Of a stretch of DNA of 64,000 bases, positions 25,064-36,500 are shown in pieces. This stretch comes from Lytechinus pictus (lineage: Eukaryota). The stretch lies in contig NC_087252.1 of NCBI RefSeq assembly GCF_037042905.1, positions 16,990,001-17,054,000 of the forward strand, read 5' to 3'. Made by a program: the position numbers and the translations under genes. How positions within the stretch are numbered: the stretch's first letter is position 1; each line of letters opens with the position of its first letter. The notes below the pieces were generated by a model. It had not been told where the DNA came from. It saw nothing but the letters and a program-made list of their open reading frames with translations, and did no database searches.

Positions 25064-25251
25064 GGGGCTATTAATGGGTAAGATACCAACGCCGTCACCA
25101 TGGCAACAAGCGAGAGAGAGAGTAAATATCTACTGCTCGTTAGAGGGTTGTCAAAAACAAAAACAAAGAAACATTAGGTATATTTTTTAATTGTGCACGA
25201 ACTGGTATCAAACACAGAAGGGGGATAAACATACTGTCAAAATTGCTTAAA

Positions 25252-26172
25252 TTAAGGGGGGAGAGGTTGTCGAATATACAATCTGTGTGTGTTGGAAGCC
25301 CAGCGCCCCATATTTTGAATGCAAACATCGGGAACACCTGCCATGGCTGCAGAAGTTGCCGCCCCAATACGGAAAGAATGGGAAGAGAAGTAAGCAACGG
25401 GTAGCCCGCAGAAACTAATGGCATGCTTTAAAACTTGGCCAAATTGGTGCCTCGTTAGGGGTGACGAGTCAAAGTGACGGAAAAAGGCAGAGCCGCCCGA
25501 GCTCCGCAGAGCGAGGTAATCATTTACAGCGCGAAGTGGGCATAAATACGAAACAACATTTTGTGGAATTAAAATCGAGCATCCACGTCCAGTTTGATCT
25601 GTTTTAGACTTCGCAATCGTAATGCGCAATTTTGCTTGATCACCCATCCCTTGAATAATAACATCTTTTTCTGAAAAAGGAACGGGTTCATGTCTAGATC
25701 GAGACGTGAACTCCCCTACTCGAAGAAAACCAAAGAAAGCGATTAGAAAGGCAGCCCGAAACAATGCCGAATCATACGTATTAACGCATACGTGAGTCAA
25801 TGAATTTAGGATGGATTTGAGAATAGGCAGGGTTATGGGACACCGGGTATCACGGCGAGCATTTTTTCGCCTGCACCCGTCTACCAGCCGCCGGATTACA
25901 AAAGCGTCAGTCACATCAGGCCAACCCAATGTTTGCATCGTAAAAGCCAGGCCTGATATATATGTACTTATTGTTGCCCCCGCATACCCATTCCAGGAGA
26001 GATAAGCAATAAATTGAGCGACCTGCTCAACGTTAGGACGTATACTTATATCATAATGATATTGCAGCCGAAACTGCTTAAACACAGACCAAGCGTTCCT
26101 GTAAGTATGATGAGTGCCGGGCGCCCGCGAAGAAAACAACAGATGCTCTCTCTCTATATGAAGCTGCTCCAA
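25252..26172 (-). CDS. Tyrosine recombinase (phage-integrase family) of the Ngaro element
   Basis: FGFLRVGEF, KSKTDQ, HSFRIGAAT, MGRWAS..LY (catalytic R-K-H-R-W-Y); start codon uncertain. Confidence 0.93.
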   Translation of the reverse strand: MEQLHIEREHLLFSSRAPGTHHTYRNAWSVFKQFRLQYHYDISIRPNVEQVAQFIAYLSWNGYAGATISTYISGLAFTMQTLGWPDVTDAFVIRRLVDGCRRKNARRDTRCPITLPILKSILNSLTHVCVNTYDSALFRAAFLIAFFGFLRVGEFTSRSRHEPVPFSEKDVIIQGMGDQAKLRITIAKSKTDQTGRGCSILIPQNVVSYLCPLRAVNDYLALRSSGGSAFFRHFDSSPLTRHQFGQVLKHAISFCGLPVAYFSSHSFRIGAATSAAMAGVPDVCIQNMGRWASNTHRLYIRQPLPP

Positions 26173-28013
26173 AGATGGGCGGGAAGCTTGCTGCCAGCCA
26201 GATCTGCGCCTGGTGCTAACCTGCGAAACCTGTCCATCTGAAAACGAGAGAGGGCATCAGCCTTTTCATTGCGAGAGCCTGGCACGTAACGTGCTTTGAA
26301 CATAATATTATGTTCCAAACAAAGAACTACAAGCAAACGAACCAGTTTCATAACACTAGGACATTTCGAAGTTAAGGAATTAACAACATAAACAACTGTT
26401 TGATTATCTGACCAAAATAAGACCTTAGAATTAGCTAGAAGAGCCGCCCACATACGTATACCGACTACTATTGGGAAAAGCTCTAGAAAGGCGATGGAAT
26501 AATTCTTCTCCAGTATTTCAGCTGGCCATCTCCCTTGAGCCCACTTATCCTGGAAGGATATACCAAAGCCAATGCTACCCGCAGCGTCAGTAAAGAACTG
26601 AAAATGAGCATTAGTTACCCATGTTGAGTGTGAAAACATAACTGTGCCATTGAAATCGGACAGAAACGTAAGCCAGGCCTGCATGTCCTCTTTCGCGCCG
26701 CGTGAAAGCCTTATCCGTTGGTTGGGGGTGCGGACCCCTTTAGTAAGATCGATAAGTCTCCTTAGGAAGGCTCTTCCGGGAGCCACGGCTTTACACACGA
26801 AATTAAGGCTGCCAATTAGCGACTGCAACTGCCGCAACGAGAGCTTATCTTTCTTAACAAAATCAATGAGCATTGCCTGTAACACGTCTACTTTCTCCCT
26901 GGGTACTCTAACTCTCTGCTCAGCCGCGTCGATTTCAAGCCCTAAAAATATGATAGTGGGAACGGGCCCCTCAGTCTTCTCCTCCGCTATCGGGACGCCA
27001 AAAACTTCGCACATTGCCTTAAAATGATACATCAAAGAACGACATTTCTGCCGTGTTGCGCCAACGAAAAAGAAATCATCCAAATAATGCAAAATTTGCT
27101 CTGAATTCGCAATTTTACGGCAACATGACTCAAGAAAAGTGCTAAAACGCTCAAAATGGGCACATGAAATTGAACAGCCCATTGGCAAGCATTTATCAAA
27201 GTAATACGCGCCATCAACGCAAAACCCCAGAAGGTCAAAATCGCAGGGATTTACTGGTAGTAAGCGAAAAGCGGATTTTATATCGGTTTTTCCCATGAGA
27301 GCACTAGCACCCAAGCGTGCAACGAGATCCACCGCCTTGTCAAATGAAGTGTAATTCACAGAACATAAATCGGAATCAATGTGATCATTAACCGAAGCCC
27401 CGCGAGGAGAAGATAGATGCTGAATTAGACGGAATTCTCCCGGATTTCGCTTGGGGACGAGCCCTACCGGGGAGCAGCGAAAGTTATTGAAAGGCGGGTT
27501 TTGGAAAGGACCTGACATTCTCCCTAAACTAACTTCCTTACCAACTTTCTCCAACAGCATGTCCCTATGCTCGCTAGCAGATTTCAAATTACGCGAGAAC
27601 ACAGAGCGACGCTCGCCTGTGAAACCCAATGAAAAACCAAACCTAAAACCAGAAATCAGAAAAGCTGCATTATGTTGATTATGGTGCCGTCGAAGAAATG
27701 GGAGCATGCTGCCAAGTTTAATTGGAGTTGGAGCTAGGCTTCTGTTTGGCAATTGCGGCGGCAGAGTTGCAGGCGTGTGAGCCATGCGCTGCTGAGGAGC
27801 ATTTTCCGCACCGGTGAGCATATCGGCAGGCGGTGCGTTGGCATGACCCAGCGTTAAAGGCGAAACAGACTGGCATGACTGGTGAGGAGCGGGAGGGGGC
27901 AGGCGCGGCGCCAGGGGGCCGAATTGCCCCTTGTCTATTGGCATATCCTGAGGAAGGGAAACTACCCCGCCGAAACGACCGGTCGTATGGCCGAAAGGGC
28001 TGGTTACCCCCAA
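26154..28013 (-). CDS. Reverse transcriptase / RNase H of the Ngaro element
   Basis: FRLIQHLS, KTDIKSAF, LPMG, YLDD; RNase H motifs FTDAA, LELFPI, SDN, ADALSR; overlaps gag in another frame; true start uncertain. Confidence 0.95.
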   Translation of the reverse strand: MGVTSPFGHTTGRFGGVVSLPQDMPIDKGQFGPLAPRLPPPAPHQSCQSVSPLTLGHANAPPADMLTGAENAPQQRMAHTPATLPPQLPNRSLAPTPIKLGSMLPFLRRHHNQHNAAFLISGFRFGFSLGFTGERRSVFSRNLKSASEHRDMLLEKVGKEVSLGRMSGPFQNPPFNNFRCSPVGLVPKRNPGEFRLIQHLSSPRGASVNDHIDSDLCSVNYTSFDKAVDLVARLGASALMGKTDIKSAFRLLPVNPCDFDLLGFCVDGAYYFDKCLPMGCSISCAHFERFSTFLESCCRKIANSEQILHYLDDFFFVGATRQKCRSLMYHFKAMCEVFGVPIAEEKTEGPVPTIIFLGLEIDAAEQRVRVPREKVDVLQAMLIDFVKKDKLSLRQLQSLIGSLNFVCKAVAPGRAFLRRLIDLTKGVRTPNQRIRLSRGAKEDMQAWLTFLSDFNGTVMFSHSTWVTNAHFQFFTDAAGSIGFGISFQDKWAQGRWPAEILEKNYSIAFLELFPIVVGIRMWAALLANSKVLFWSDNQTVVYVVNSLTSKCPSVMKLVRLLVVLCLEHNIMFKARYVPGSRNEKADALSRFQMDRFRRLAPGADLAGSKLPAHLWSSFI

Positions 28014-28824
28014 AAGACGAGAACGCTGCTCGACCGGGCGTCGAAGCTACTGTCAGCCATAGCTCGGTGTCTATGACAGCCCAGGAACGATGTGGATGAC
28101 GGACCTGACGTAACCGAAATTGAATGTCATAGGACCGCCAATTGAAACCCCCAAAACGCACAATAGAGCGAACGATATCCATATACTTGAGGAGCTCGCG
28201 CGCACGCATATAGTGTCGCTCCAAGTATATGGACGCGTAAATAAGGAATGCAGATGTCCACTGTTCTATGCTGGCGATCACCGGAGCCTTGCTTTGGGGG
28301 CGAAGCATTAAAGCGGACCCGGTGGCACAAAGGCTGAAGGCCTGCAACTGTGATTCCTCGCTTAAGCTTTCCCTTTTAAGCAATCCACCTAACTCTACAA
28401 ATTCACCCTTCCAAATCTTCTCCTTAACACTGGAAGGCACCTCCCCGCCCAAATCATCACACACGCAGCTAAGCATATCTGGCTGCGTAGGAAAAGGGGG
28501 GTTGGGGGCTGGTGTAACATTAGCATGACTATTAAGCCCCTCAACTACAGGGGCAGGAGGGATAGAAGGGGGAGCTTGCGATTGAATTTGGGGAAGGACC
28601 TGATCTTGTGGAGAAGTCACAAGAGGCCAGGAGCCCCCCATTGTCCCGAACTCACCGTTGGTTGTCGACGCCGAACTTCCAGCAGCTGGGCTCTGCGTAG
28701 AACTAAAAACTTGGCCAACGTCTGTCTCGAGGTCGACAGGAGAAGGCTGACTGGCAGCATCTCGGACCGAACGACGAGTAGACTTCCTCTGATTTAACTT
28801 TTTGCCTTGCTTAACCTTAGGCAT
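27718..28824 (-). CDS. Gag-like ORF1 of the Ngaro element
   Basis: IEQWTSAFLIYASI...WRSYDIQFR core; C-terminal Cys/His cluster CFAFNAGSC..CRYAHRCGKC..H....C typical of DIRS/Ngaro gag. Confidence 0.88.
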   Translation of the reverse strand: MPKVKQGKKLNQRKSTRRSVRDAASQPSPVDLETDVGQVFSSTQSPAAGSSASTTNGEFGTMGGSWPLVTSPQDQVLPQIQSQAPPSIPPAPVVEGLNSHANVTPAPNPPFPTQPDMLSCVCDDLGGEVPSSVKEKIWKGEFVELGGLLKRESLSEESQLQAFSLCATGSALMLRPQSKAPVIASIEQWTSAFLIYASIYLERHYMRARELLKYMDIVRSIVRFGGFNWRSYDIQFRLRQVRHPHRSWAVIDTELWLTVASTPGRAAFSSFGGNQPFRPYDRSFRRGSFPSSGYANRQGAIRPPGAAPAPSRSSPVMPVCFAFNAGSCQRTACRYAHRCGKCSSAAHGSHACNSAAAIAKQKPSSNSN

Positions 28825-29040
28825 GATTTAATACTTCAGGGGTGGCGAAATTAAGTCCTGAGAGCAAACTGTGACCCCAAACAGCTCAAAAGTCCAACAA
28901 ACGGATATAAACACAAATATACAGGTATGTTCCAGATAAAGAATATAAATTCTCAACTGCAAAGCGTTCATTAAGCTATATGAATGGGTTAGAATGGCAA
29001 TTAAAAGGATCACAACTAAAGAGTTCAACGAACGGATAAC

Positions 29041-29447
29041 AAAAATACAGGAAGTATGTTGCACAAAAAAGGTGAATTGAGATAAAAGATGCTTTCCAAT
29101 CGACTCCACGAAGAAGAATGCTAACTTGTTAGAAATTTGCTTTTGCCCCCTCCCGAAATTACCACGTCAGCTAACGCGATGTAGCAATTTTAGCCACGCC
29201 TCCTTGTAATGTCCGAAAAATACCAAAATTCGCAACGCAACATTTTTTGGCCACGCCTCCTAGTGAAGTCCGACAAAATACCATATTTGGCATCGCAACA
29301 TATCTCCGCCAGGGCAAAGGAATTCGCCTGACCAGGCACCTTGTGAAACACCTGTTACGTACCGCTGACGGGATATGTTGTTGTCCAGCTAGTCTGACCC
29401 GAGATAACCTCTCATTAACTTGCTTCGCACGTTAAGAGGTATTATCT
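29041..29447 (-). repeat. Split direct repeat A1 (407 bp), 5' end of the element
   Basis: Matches 23253-23659. Confidence 0.92.
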
Positions 29448-29640
29448 AATTTCTCTCAATGTATTGTCCCCTTTCTGATGAACGCATGCACTCAGTCTTC
29501 TTATAGCTGGGATCCAACTTCGGCACGCGGCTGTTCATTAACTCATCTGCAAAAAATAAAGAAAAAAAGAAGACAAATTTATACTAAGAAAGAACAAGAG
29601 CAGTGAAAGAAAAAGAGAGTAGTGTATCCAAAAGTGAGAC

Positions 29641-29777
29641 CTGGGGCCCGATACACAAAACTTAGCAATGATCGTAGAACATTTTTCTACGATTGATTCC
29701 ATAGACTACAATGTACAATCAATCGTAGAAATCAAGCGTACGATCAATCGCTAACCTTTGTGTTATGGTACCCAGGA
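29641..29777. mobile_element. Short palindromic MITE (GGGGCCC-ended family)
   Basis: Inverted arms; a related copy lies in the opposite orientation at ~33464-33597. Confidence 0.65.
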
Positions 29778-30714
29778 TCGTGTAAACCCTTCATATTCCA
29801 CTGGGAAAAGTCAAAGATAACATACATTATCATCTACATGTATAAAGAGTGTTTTAGCGATGCTTTAAAACGCGTATTTCGGTCTGCATCAATTGCCTGT
29901 GCAGTATCAGAGGGTATCCATAAAAGGACCGAAATCCGAAGAGTATCCCATTGGCTCCTAAACAAAATTTGTTATTGAATATGAGATTGTATTTAACAGT
30001 ATAGTGCGCATGCGCGAAATATACATCGTAGCAATGAAAGCAATGCGATGCGCAGCAAGAGCACAACGACACTCAATTACGTCATAATGGACTACATGCA
30101 AGTCGCATGTCAACGACCAAATTTTATCTTATGAAGTGATGATGCCATTATGCGATAAGTGATATGACTTGTTAAATCAAATTTCTCTCTCCTTTTGATT
30201 GGGAGGGGTGGGATGGATGATAATAATTATATTGGATGGCTTTATTTCATGGAATACCAGAAATATTCCACTTGTTAGGGCCAATATTCCACTCATCTAC
30301 GGTTCGTGGAATATTTGCCCTAACTTGTAATATTTCTGGTATTCCATTCTGAGCCATCCAATATAATATAATTATTCTCGTCTTGCTTCTCCTCCTCCCA
30401 CCCGGAACCAAAATACCAAAGTGCACCCTCTGGTTCTATAATAGGTGAACAAATATATAACCTGATGACTTTTCATCGGTTTGTTGATTCAGAGCGTCCA
30501 AACTGCTAATAAATGCTTGGAAATGTGAATTATGTTGGATTTATCAGCTGCGGAATCAGTTTGTAGTGACGCCATATTGGCAATAATGGTGTAAGTCATT
30601 ATTCCTTGGTCTGCGCCACCCCTTCCCATCCGACTCTCCGGCCCCCGCATTTATTCCTTTCAGATGCGGCCGCTGAAATTACATATTGATGAGATTTGAT
30701 GAATAATAATTAAC

Positions 30715-30930
30715 ATGAATAACAATAACAAGTATAATAATGATTATTATAGAAATAATAATATTTATAATGAAAACAATATCAATGATAATGAAAATAA
30801 TAGTAATGATAATAATAATATTATAATAATAATAACGATAATAAGATTAATGATAATCACAATAATACTAATAATAGTAATAATAATAATAATAATAATA
30901 ATCATCATCCTCATCATCATCATTATAATT
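30715..30930. repeat. (AAT)n-rich microsatellite
   Basis: Direct observation. Confidence 0.9.
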
Positions 30931-31577
30931 AAAGCAAGAAATCTAAACCAAGACCGGAAAATAACAACGTCGTTTTTTCAAGCAAGTGTACAAAAAACAA
31001 GACTAACATTGTCAGTCGAAGGTTGATCTGCATCGGTGAATCACAATTTCACTGATCGAAGAATGGACCTATTGGAGATGGAGAATCATCGGATAATGAA
31101 TTCACTATTTATGTGACTGTTACTGTTCCCTGAAAGCATTCCCTTCATATTTATTGGCTTTAATAATCATATCGCGTGCAGCCGTCAATCAAGGCATGAG
31201 TTGAAAGAAACAGTTCGCGACAAGACAATAGCGTATATTTTAGCATCCACTCCGTAGACGCTTTCGGCAACATAGAGAATATATTGGAAATGGCCTTCAA
31301 ATCACAAAGGACAGGTTAGAGGTTATTGTCGAAAGTTTGAGGACCGGGATAGCACATTGTCTCAGGACTCGGACCAGACAAGAAATTGCAAATATTTTTT
31401 TCTATACAGAGTCGAGGACGACACTGCTGTTTTGATTCACAAATTATCGACAAATGCTGCTTTGTTTTGTACGGTTTTTTGACAATTTATTCTCTGCGAT
31501 ATAGAAAACGTCTGCGAAGTGATGGCTAAAATGCCCTATTGATATTGCTCAATGCACGGAAGAGGAACAATATATTA

Positions 31578-31992
31578 AGGCCACCGCACAACTTACGACT
31601 GTTCGCGATCCGATTTTGAAACAGATCGCACTTTGCTCATTTTCCGAAAATGTGAATGGAAAATATCATTTTATTTGAGGTTAAAATTAATTGAAAGAAT
31701 ACTATTATAACCATTATGAAAGATTGCAAGCCTTTATTTTGGAGTAAAGGCCAAATTAGCTTCAAATCGTAGCCAATCGTACGACTGCTATGACGTAATT
31801 ACGACTAGATATTAAATTCGCTATTATTCTAAGAAGGATAATAGCATTGTCACAGATTTTTACGTAGGTATTCGTGCGATGATTTAGAACATTACACAGT
31901 AAGATATTCCATGTTTCAATAATACCATCAAATTCTACTACGTTTTATTCCAAACTCGGGTCCCAGACCAATCGTAAGGTGTGCGGTCGCCT
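31578..31992. mobile_element. MITE
   Basis: TIR AGGCCACCGCACA..TTACGA / TCGTAAGGTGTGCGGTCGCCT. Confidence 0.65.
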
Positions 31993-32660
31993 TTAAAGGG
32001 CAAACAAACCAGCAGCATTAACAGCTCCACCTCAAGTCCTCAACTTATCTAGACAGGTTTATTACCAATAATGCAACATTCTGAGCAGTGTAGTCTTGAA
32101 ATGTAAACCCACATGAGTGATAAATCTCTACTTTACTCCCTAATATATTCATTTAACATTAGTTATGATACACGTAGCAGGTATCTTTCTTTTAAAAACA
32201 TGTTAATTTCTCTATACAAATACAATTATAGGCTGATTTATCATCTGTCAATAACAATAGTTTTTCAAAAGGCATATTTCAAGACTAGCAATTTATAACA
32301 CACAGGCAATGAGAGACAACACACCATGGAAAAAAGTTGTGTTGTTCAGCTTTACCTTTGCTAGTCTTAATTCCATGTGTTTTTAATTGGGAAATTGTAT
32401 GCATATTTCAAGAAAGAGGTAATATTGTGCATGGTCTTTTATAATTTATTTATATATTTATTTATTTTATTTGTTTATTTATCTATTTGTTTATTTATGT
32501 TTTTGTTGAAATTGTTATTGTGCATGCGCAGAAGTTTGCGGATCGAATAATAACACACTTTTGCTGTTTCAAATCTGATTGTTCTTTGAAAGGCAAATTA
32601 TTCTGAAACATTGCACCAGCAAACAAAAACCAAGATCAGTAAAACCGATCGTTTTGTTAA

Positions 32661-33214
32661 AGGAGAATGAAACCCTTGAGACCAGCTGAATCCATATCAA
32701 AGAGAAAAATCAGAGAAACATATTGTTGAAAGTTTGTGGAAGATTGAATGAATAATAAGAAAGTTATGAGCATTTGAATATTGAGATCACTAATGCCATG
32801 TAGATCCTCCCATTGGCAATGCGACCAAGATCTGTGATGTCACACACGTACAACTCCCTCATTACTTTAGTACTTATTTCACTTATATTCTCACTTTTAT
32901 AGAGGTTATAGTTTTACAGAGGTTTCACAACATTATATCATTGATGAATCATTTGTCATATGATTAGAATGAGCAAAAAGATATGTTTTGGGGTATATTT
33001 TCAGTGTCCAAAAGGGGAAAGTTGTTCATCTGTGACATCATAGATCTTGGTCGCATTTACAATGGGAGGATCTCCATAGCATTAGTGATCTCGACATTCA
33101 AATGCTCATAACTCTTCTACTGCTAGTCGTATTTTACTCAAACTTTTGTTGATCTTATTCTTTGATTTTTCTGCTTTCACAAAATCTAACTTGCTCCAAG
33201 AGTTTCATTCTCCT
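32661..33214. mobile_element. TTAA-flanked non-autonomous DNA transposon
   Basis: TIR AGGAGAATGAAAC / GTTTCATTCTCCT, TTAA on both sides, long inverted arms. Confidence 0.8.
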
Positions 33215-33352
33215 TTAATGATCTGATAGGCCTTGGTAATCGCCATTGTCGGAACACCTACATGTTCTCATTAAGACGCAGATAATCATGAGGATCTCCT
33301 TCGATCGAACCTAGTGTCAATCTGCAAATGTTCTCAGTATCTTCTTTCAGAC

Positions 33353-33597
33353 CTGGGCTCCGTATCACAAAGGTTTGCGATGAATTGCAAATATAAAAGA
33401 ACATTGATATTGATTGGTCAGTTCATTTAGCGATTGATCGCTAATCTTTGTGTTATGGAGCCCTGGGTCCCGTAACACAAAGGTTAGCGATTGGTCGTAC
33501 GCTTGATTTTCACGATTGATTGTACATTGTAGTCAATGGAATCAATCGTAGAAAAATGTTCTACGATCATTGCTAAGCTTTGTGTTACGGGCCCCTG
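33353..33597. mobile_element. Two adjacent short palindromic MITEs
   Basis: GGGCTCCGTATCACAAAG...CTTTGTGTTATGGAGCCC then GGGTCCCGTAACACAAAG...CTTTGTGTTACGGGCCCC. Confidence 0.7.
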
Positions 33598-36500
33598 GTC
33601 GAAGATTGCGTGCATTTTTTTATTTCTCTTTCTTACATGGACGTTGGCATTGACTACACTGTCGTATATTAGTCGAATTCCCGACATTTTCCTCCCCGCA
33701 CCTGATAACTCCATATGGGATCCATCTTATTACCATTAATTACCCTACCTTAGAATTGTTCGGGGGTAAGTCAGGTAAGTTGAGCTCGCGGGTAAGCTGA
33801 GCCACCCTTTTGTGATGAAAAAACCCCGCTAATTTGCTAAATTATGATATTGAGGACATCTATTCAAATCACTGGCGGACAATTTTCACATAATGGGCCA
33901 AGAATGGGAATAAATTTGTAGTTATTTTCCTAATTTCACAATTTTAGCGTGGATATTACATGATTTTATCTTCCCACTTGAGATCAATCAAAATTGCTTA
34001 TTATAAACGGATGATATATATTTAAGGGGATTTTCTGAAATGAAAGGTAATTGCCCAGGCATTGCAATATGTTAATCAAAATAAATAGTAATTCATTAAG
34101 AGTTAAATTTATTTTAGTTTAATTGTCCAGTGGATATTCTGTTTATTTTAACATAAAGTATCATCATGTAAAACGTATTGTATCAACATGTAAATATAAA
34201 AAGACTTCACTTTTCATGAATAATTGATTAATTCATAGTCATAAAATTGCTCGCTTAAAAACATACGTTTCGAGTGACTTGCAGATGTTTTGATAGCTAT
34301 TGATAGCTATTGCTATCATTGTCATCTTTGATATGAGTAAAAAGACAAATGAAACATAAGTAATACCCTCAAAATTACCCCCCAAAACAAAATATATAAA
34401 AATATCGCAGATTTTCAAGTTTGAAAAAGTTTCATCATTATCTTTCTAACTCTAAACGTCAGAAATATTATATTTTCCATTGTTTCTTTTCTTGCCCATG
34501 TTTTTACCCTGTACTATTCGGTAGAGATATGGTACTACATGGTAAACAAATCACATTTGCTTACCTTTCTAGCAATCTGAGTGACAGCCAGTGAGTAACT
34601 GGCGGATTTCACCGGAAAATAAAATTTTAAAAACGAAAAAGAGAAAAGGGAGATAGAAAGTAAGGGAAAGGGAAAGGGAAAGAAAAGGAGGAAAAAGAGG
34701 AAAGAAGAAAAAAGGGAAAGGAAAAGAGTGAAAAGAAAATCTGAGTGACAGTCAGTAACGTAACATGCGGCCCCCCTGGCGGATTTCACCGGGGAAAAAG
34801 GAAAAAAGAGAAAAGGGAAAAAAGAAAGGGGAAAGGAAAACGGAAGGAAAGCAGAAAATCGAAGAGAAGAAGAACATGTAAGAAAGAACAAATAATTCCG
34901 AAATACTAATTCATTAGCACGATTAGTGAAAAAGGGAAATAATCCAAACGATGACAGAATGCAAACATAAGCGGGAAAAGAAAGTGGGATTGAATGAGCA
35001 ATTAGATAAATTGGAAAATGAAGATAAGGGATAAAAATAAACCTTAATAACACGGGAAGACAGATGGGCGACCTAAGCTTGCTAAATTGTATGCAATGGT
35101 CGCAATCAGGACATAAAAGTCCTCAGCCAACATGGCAAAAGCCTAGACATATCCCCTATTATACGTTATATGTCCCTACCTATATAAGTAAAGCTGTGAC
35201 GCTGGCAAAAGTTACCGCAATGCCTTTTTATGTTTACTTTGGCTAAACCTCCGAAGCTACGGGGGGCTCTACCCCGGACCCCATGCAGTAGGGGCTCTTC
35301 ATCTGTAACCTTCAAAGGGCTCTATAACTTGCCCCCTATATCATATATATGGACCCTTCCTGCATTTATATGCTTTATGTTGAGTTACTGGCGTACATGG
35401 GGGTGGGGGAGGGGTGGTTCCACAGCCAAGGGTAAATACAAGAAAATCAGGGAGGCATGCAAGGAAATGAATGGACAACAATAAATATTTTAATTTTGCT
35501 TAATATAATGAAAAATCTATCACATAAAAAAATATTCATTTCAAAATACCAATTTCTTTCTGGCTCGCCTCGCTCGCTGGCGACTTAAATAATTTAAAAT
35601 TTGCTATGTTGTGCCCCCTCAAAATATATAGTTTTTTACGCAACTGCGTTGACTTAATGTGTTGTGTAAAAGCTTTATGTGATAACCGCGATTGGATTAA
35701 AAATAGCTGCCATCTGTAAAGTTTAAAATGGCTTTAATAACAAGAGGTTCCGGGGGCTCCGCCCCGGACTCCACCCGCATGGCACTGGTGTACATATGGA
35801 AGGGTTTGGGCAACCAAGAAAAAAAATAAAAAGAGGAAAGAAAGCAAAGGAAAAGCCTAAGATAATAATATGTTATTTTTGTAATATCATGTCTAAGTTA
35901 GAATCACATGGGACTTGTATTAACATGATTAAGCAGCCTTTTGCCACACGCGCAATGCTCTACCCCCTCTCTTTTTACTCATCACAATACTTAATGTTCG
36001 CGCACAATCCTAAAAAATCCTGTTCACAGTGGTGCAGGAACCCCCCCCCCAAAAAAAAAAAAAAAAATGAAAGAAACGGAAAGGAAAGAGAGGAGGGTGA
36101 AATATGCTATTATTTGATTTTTGTAATAGAAATGTCATTTTTTCTCCGTTTAAATAAATTATGCCTGATACGCCACATCTGGCCCACTTTCAAAATGTTT
36201 GCCTCATTACGCCACTGCCTGTTCATACCATGATATGACCGGGAAATGTTTGGCTCTTGCCCCCCCCCCCCCCCCCCTGCTCGCCACCGACCCCTTTTAC
36301 TCCCCTGGTGACAGCAATGTTTTTGGTTTTGTTTTGTTTAGGTTTCCGTTTCCTCAAAGCTATCCATATCAAGCAAAACCCTAATTGTATAATACAAAAC
36401 AGGCGTATATCCTGACTAGAGACAGAGTAATTTAAACATGAAGGAAATCCCAATCCACTTCGACACAATTTATTTTTTATCCTATGCTAAGTTATTGTGA

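Larger units (their letters stand above)
22377..29447 (-). mobile_element. Full-length Ngaro-type tyrosine-recombinase retrotransposon (DIRS superfamily)
   Basis: Minus-strand order A1-gag-RT/RNaseH-YR-B1-A2-spacer-B2; no methyltransferase after RNase H, which favours Ngaro over PAT/DIRS1. Confidence 0.93.
22178..29578. mobile_element. Fold-back (palindromic) element split by the Ngaro insertion (arms ~22178-22376 and 29448-29578)
   Basis: Left arm ...AGCCGCGTGCC..CCCAGCT..TGCAT..TTCATCAGAAAGGGGACA..TACATTGAGAGAAA is the reverse complement of the right arm TTTCTCTCAATGTA..TGTCCCCTTTCTGATGAA..AGCTGGG..GGCACGCGGCT. Confidence 0.8.

Noticed and set aside
30715..31026. Low-complexity ORFs (poly-N/I here; similar at 3621-4038, 34535-35053, 42262-42444, 49328-49820)
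   Set aside because: Translations of microsatellites or purine/pyrimidine tracts.
31240..31540. Similarity to sGC intron 1 (37565-37705 plus 37975-38120), suggesting a duplicated promoter or first exon
   Set aside because: The shared core (TTGTCGAAAGTT..GGACCGGGA) also matches the MITE family at 41276-41554 and 63050-63310, and no ATG|GT exon accompanies it; better explained as old dispersed repeat copies.
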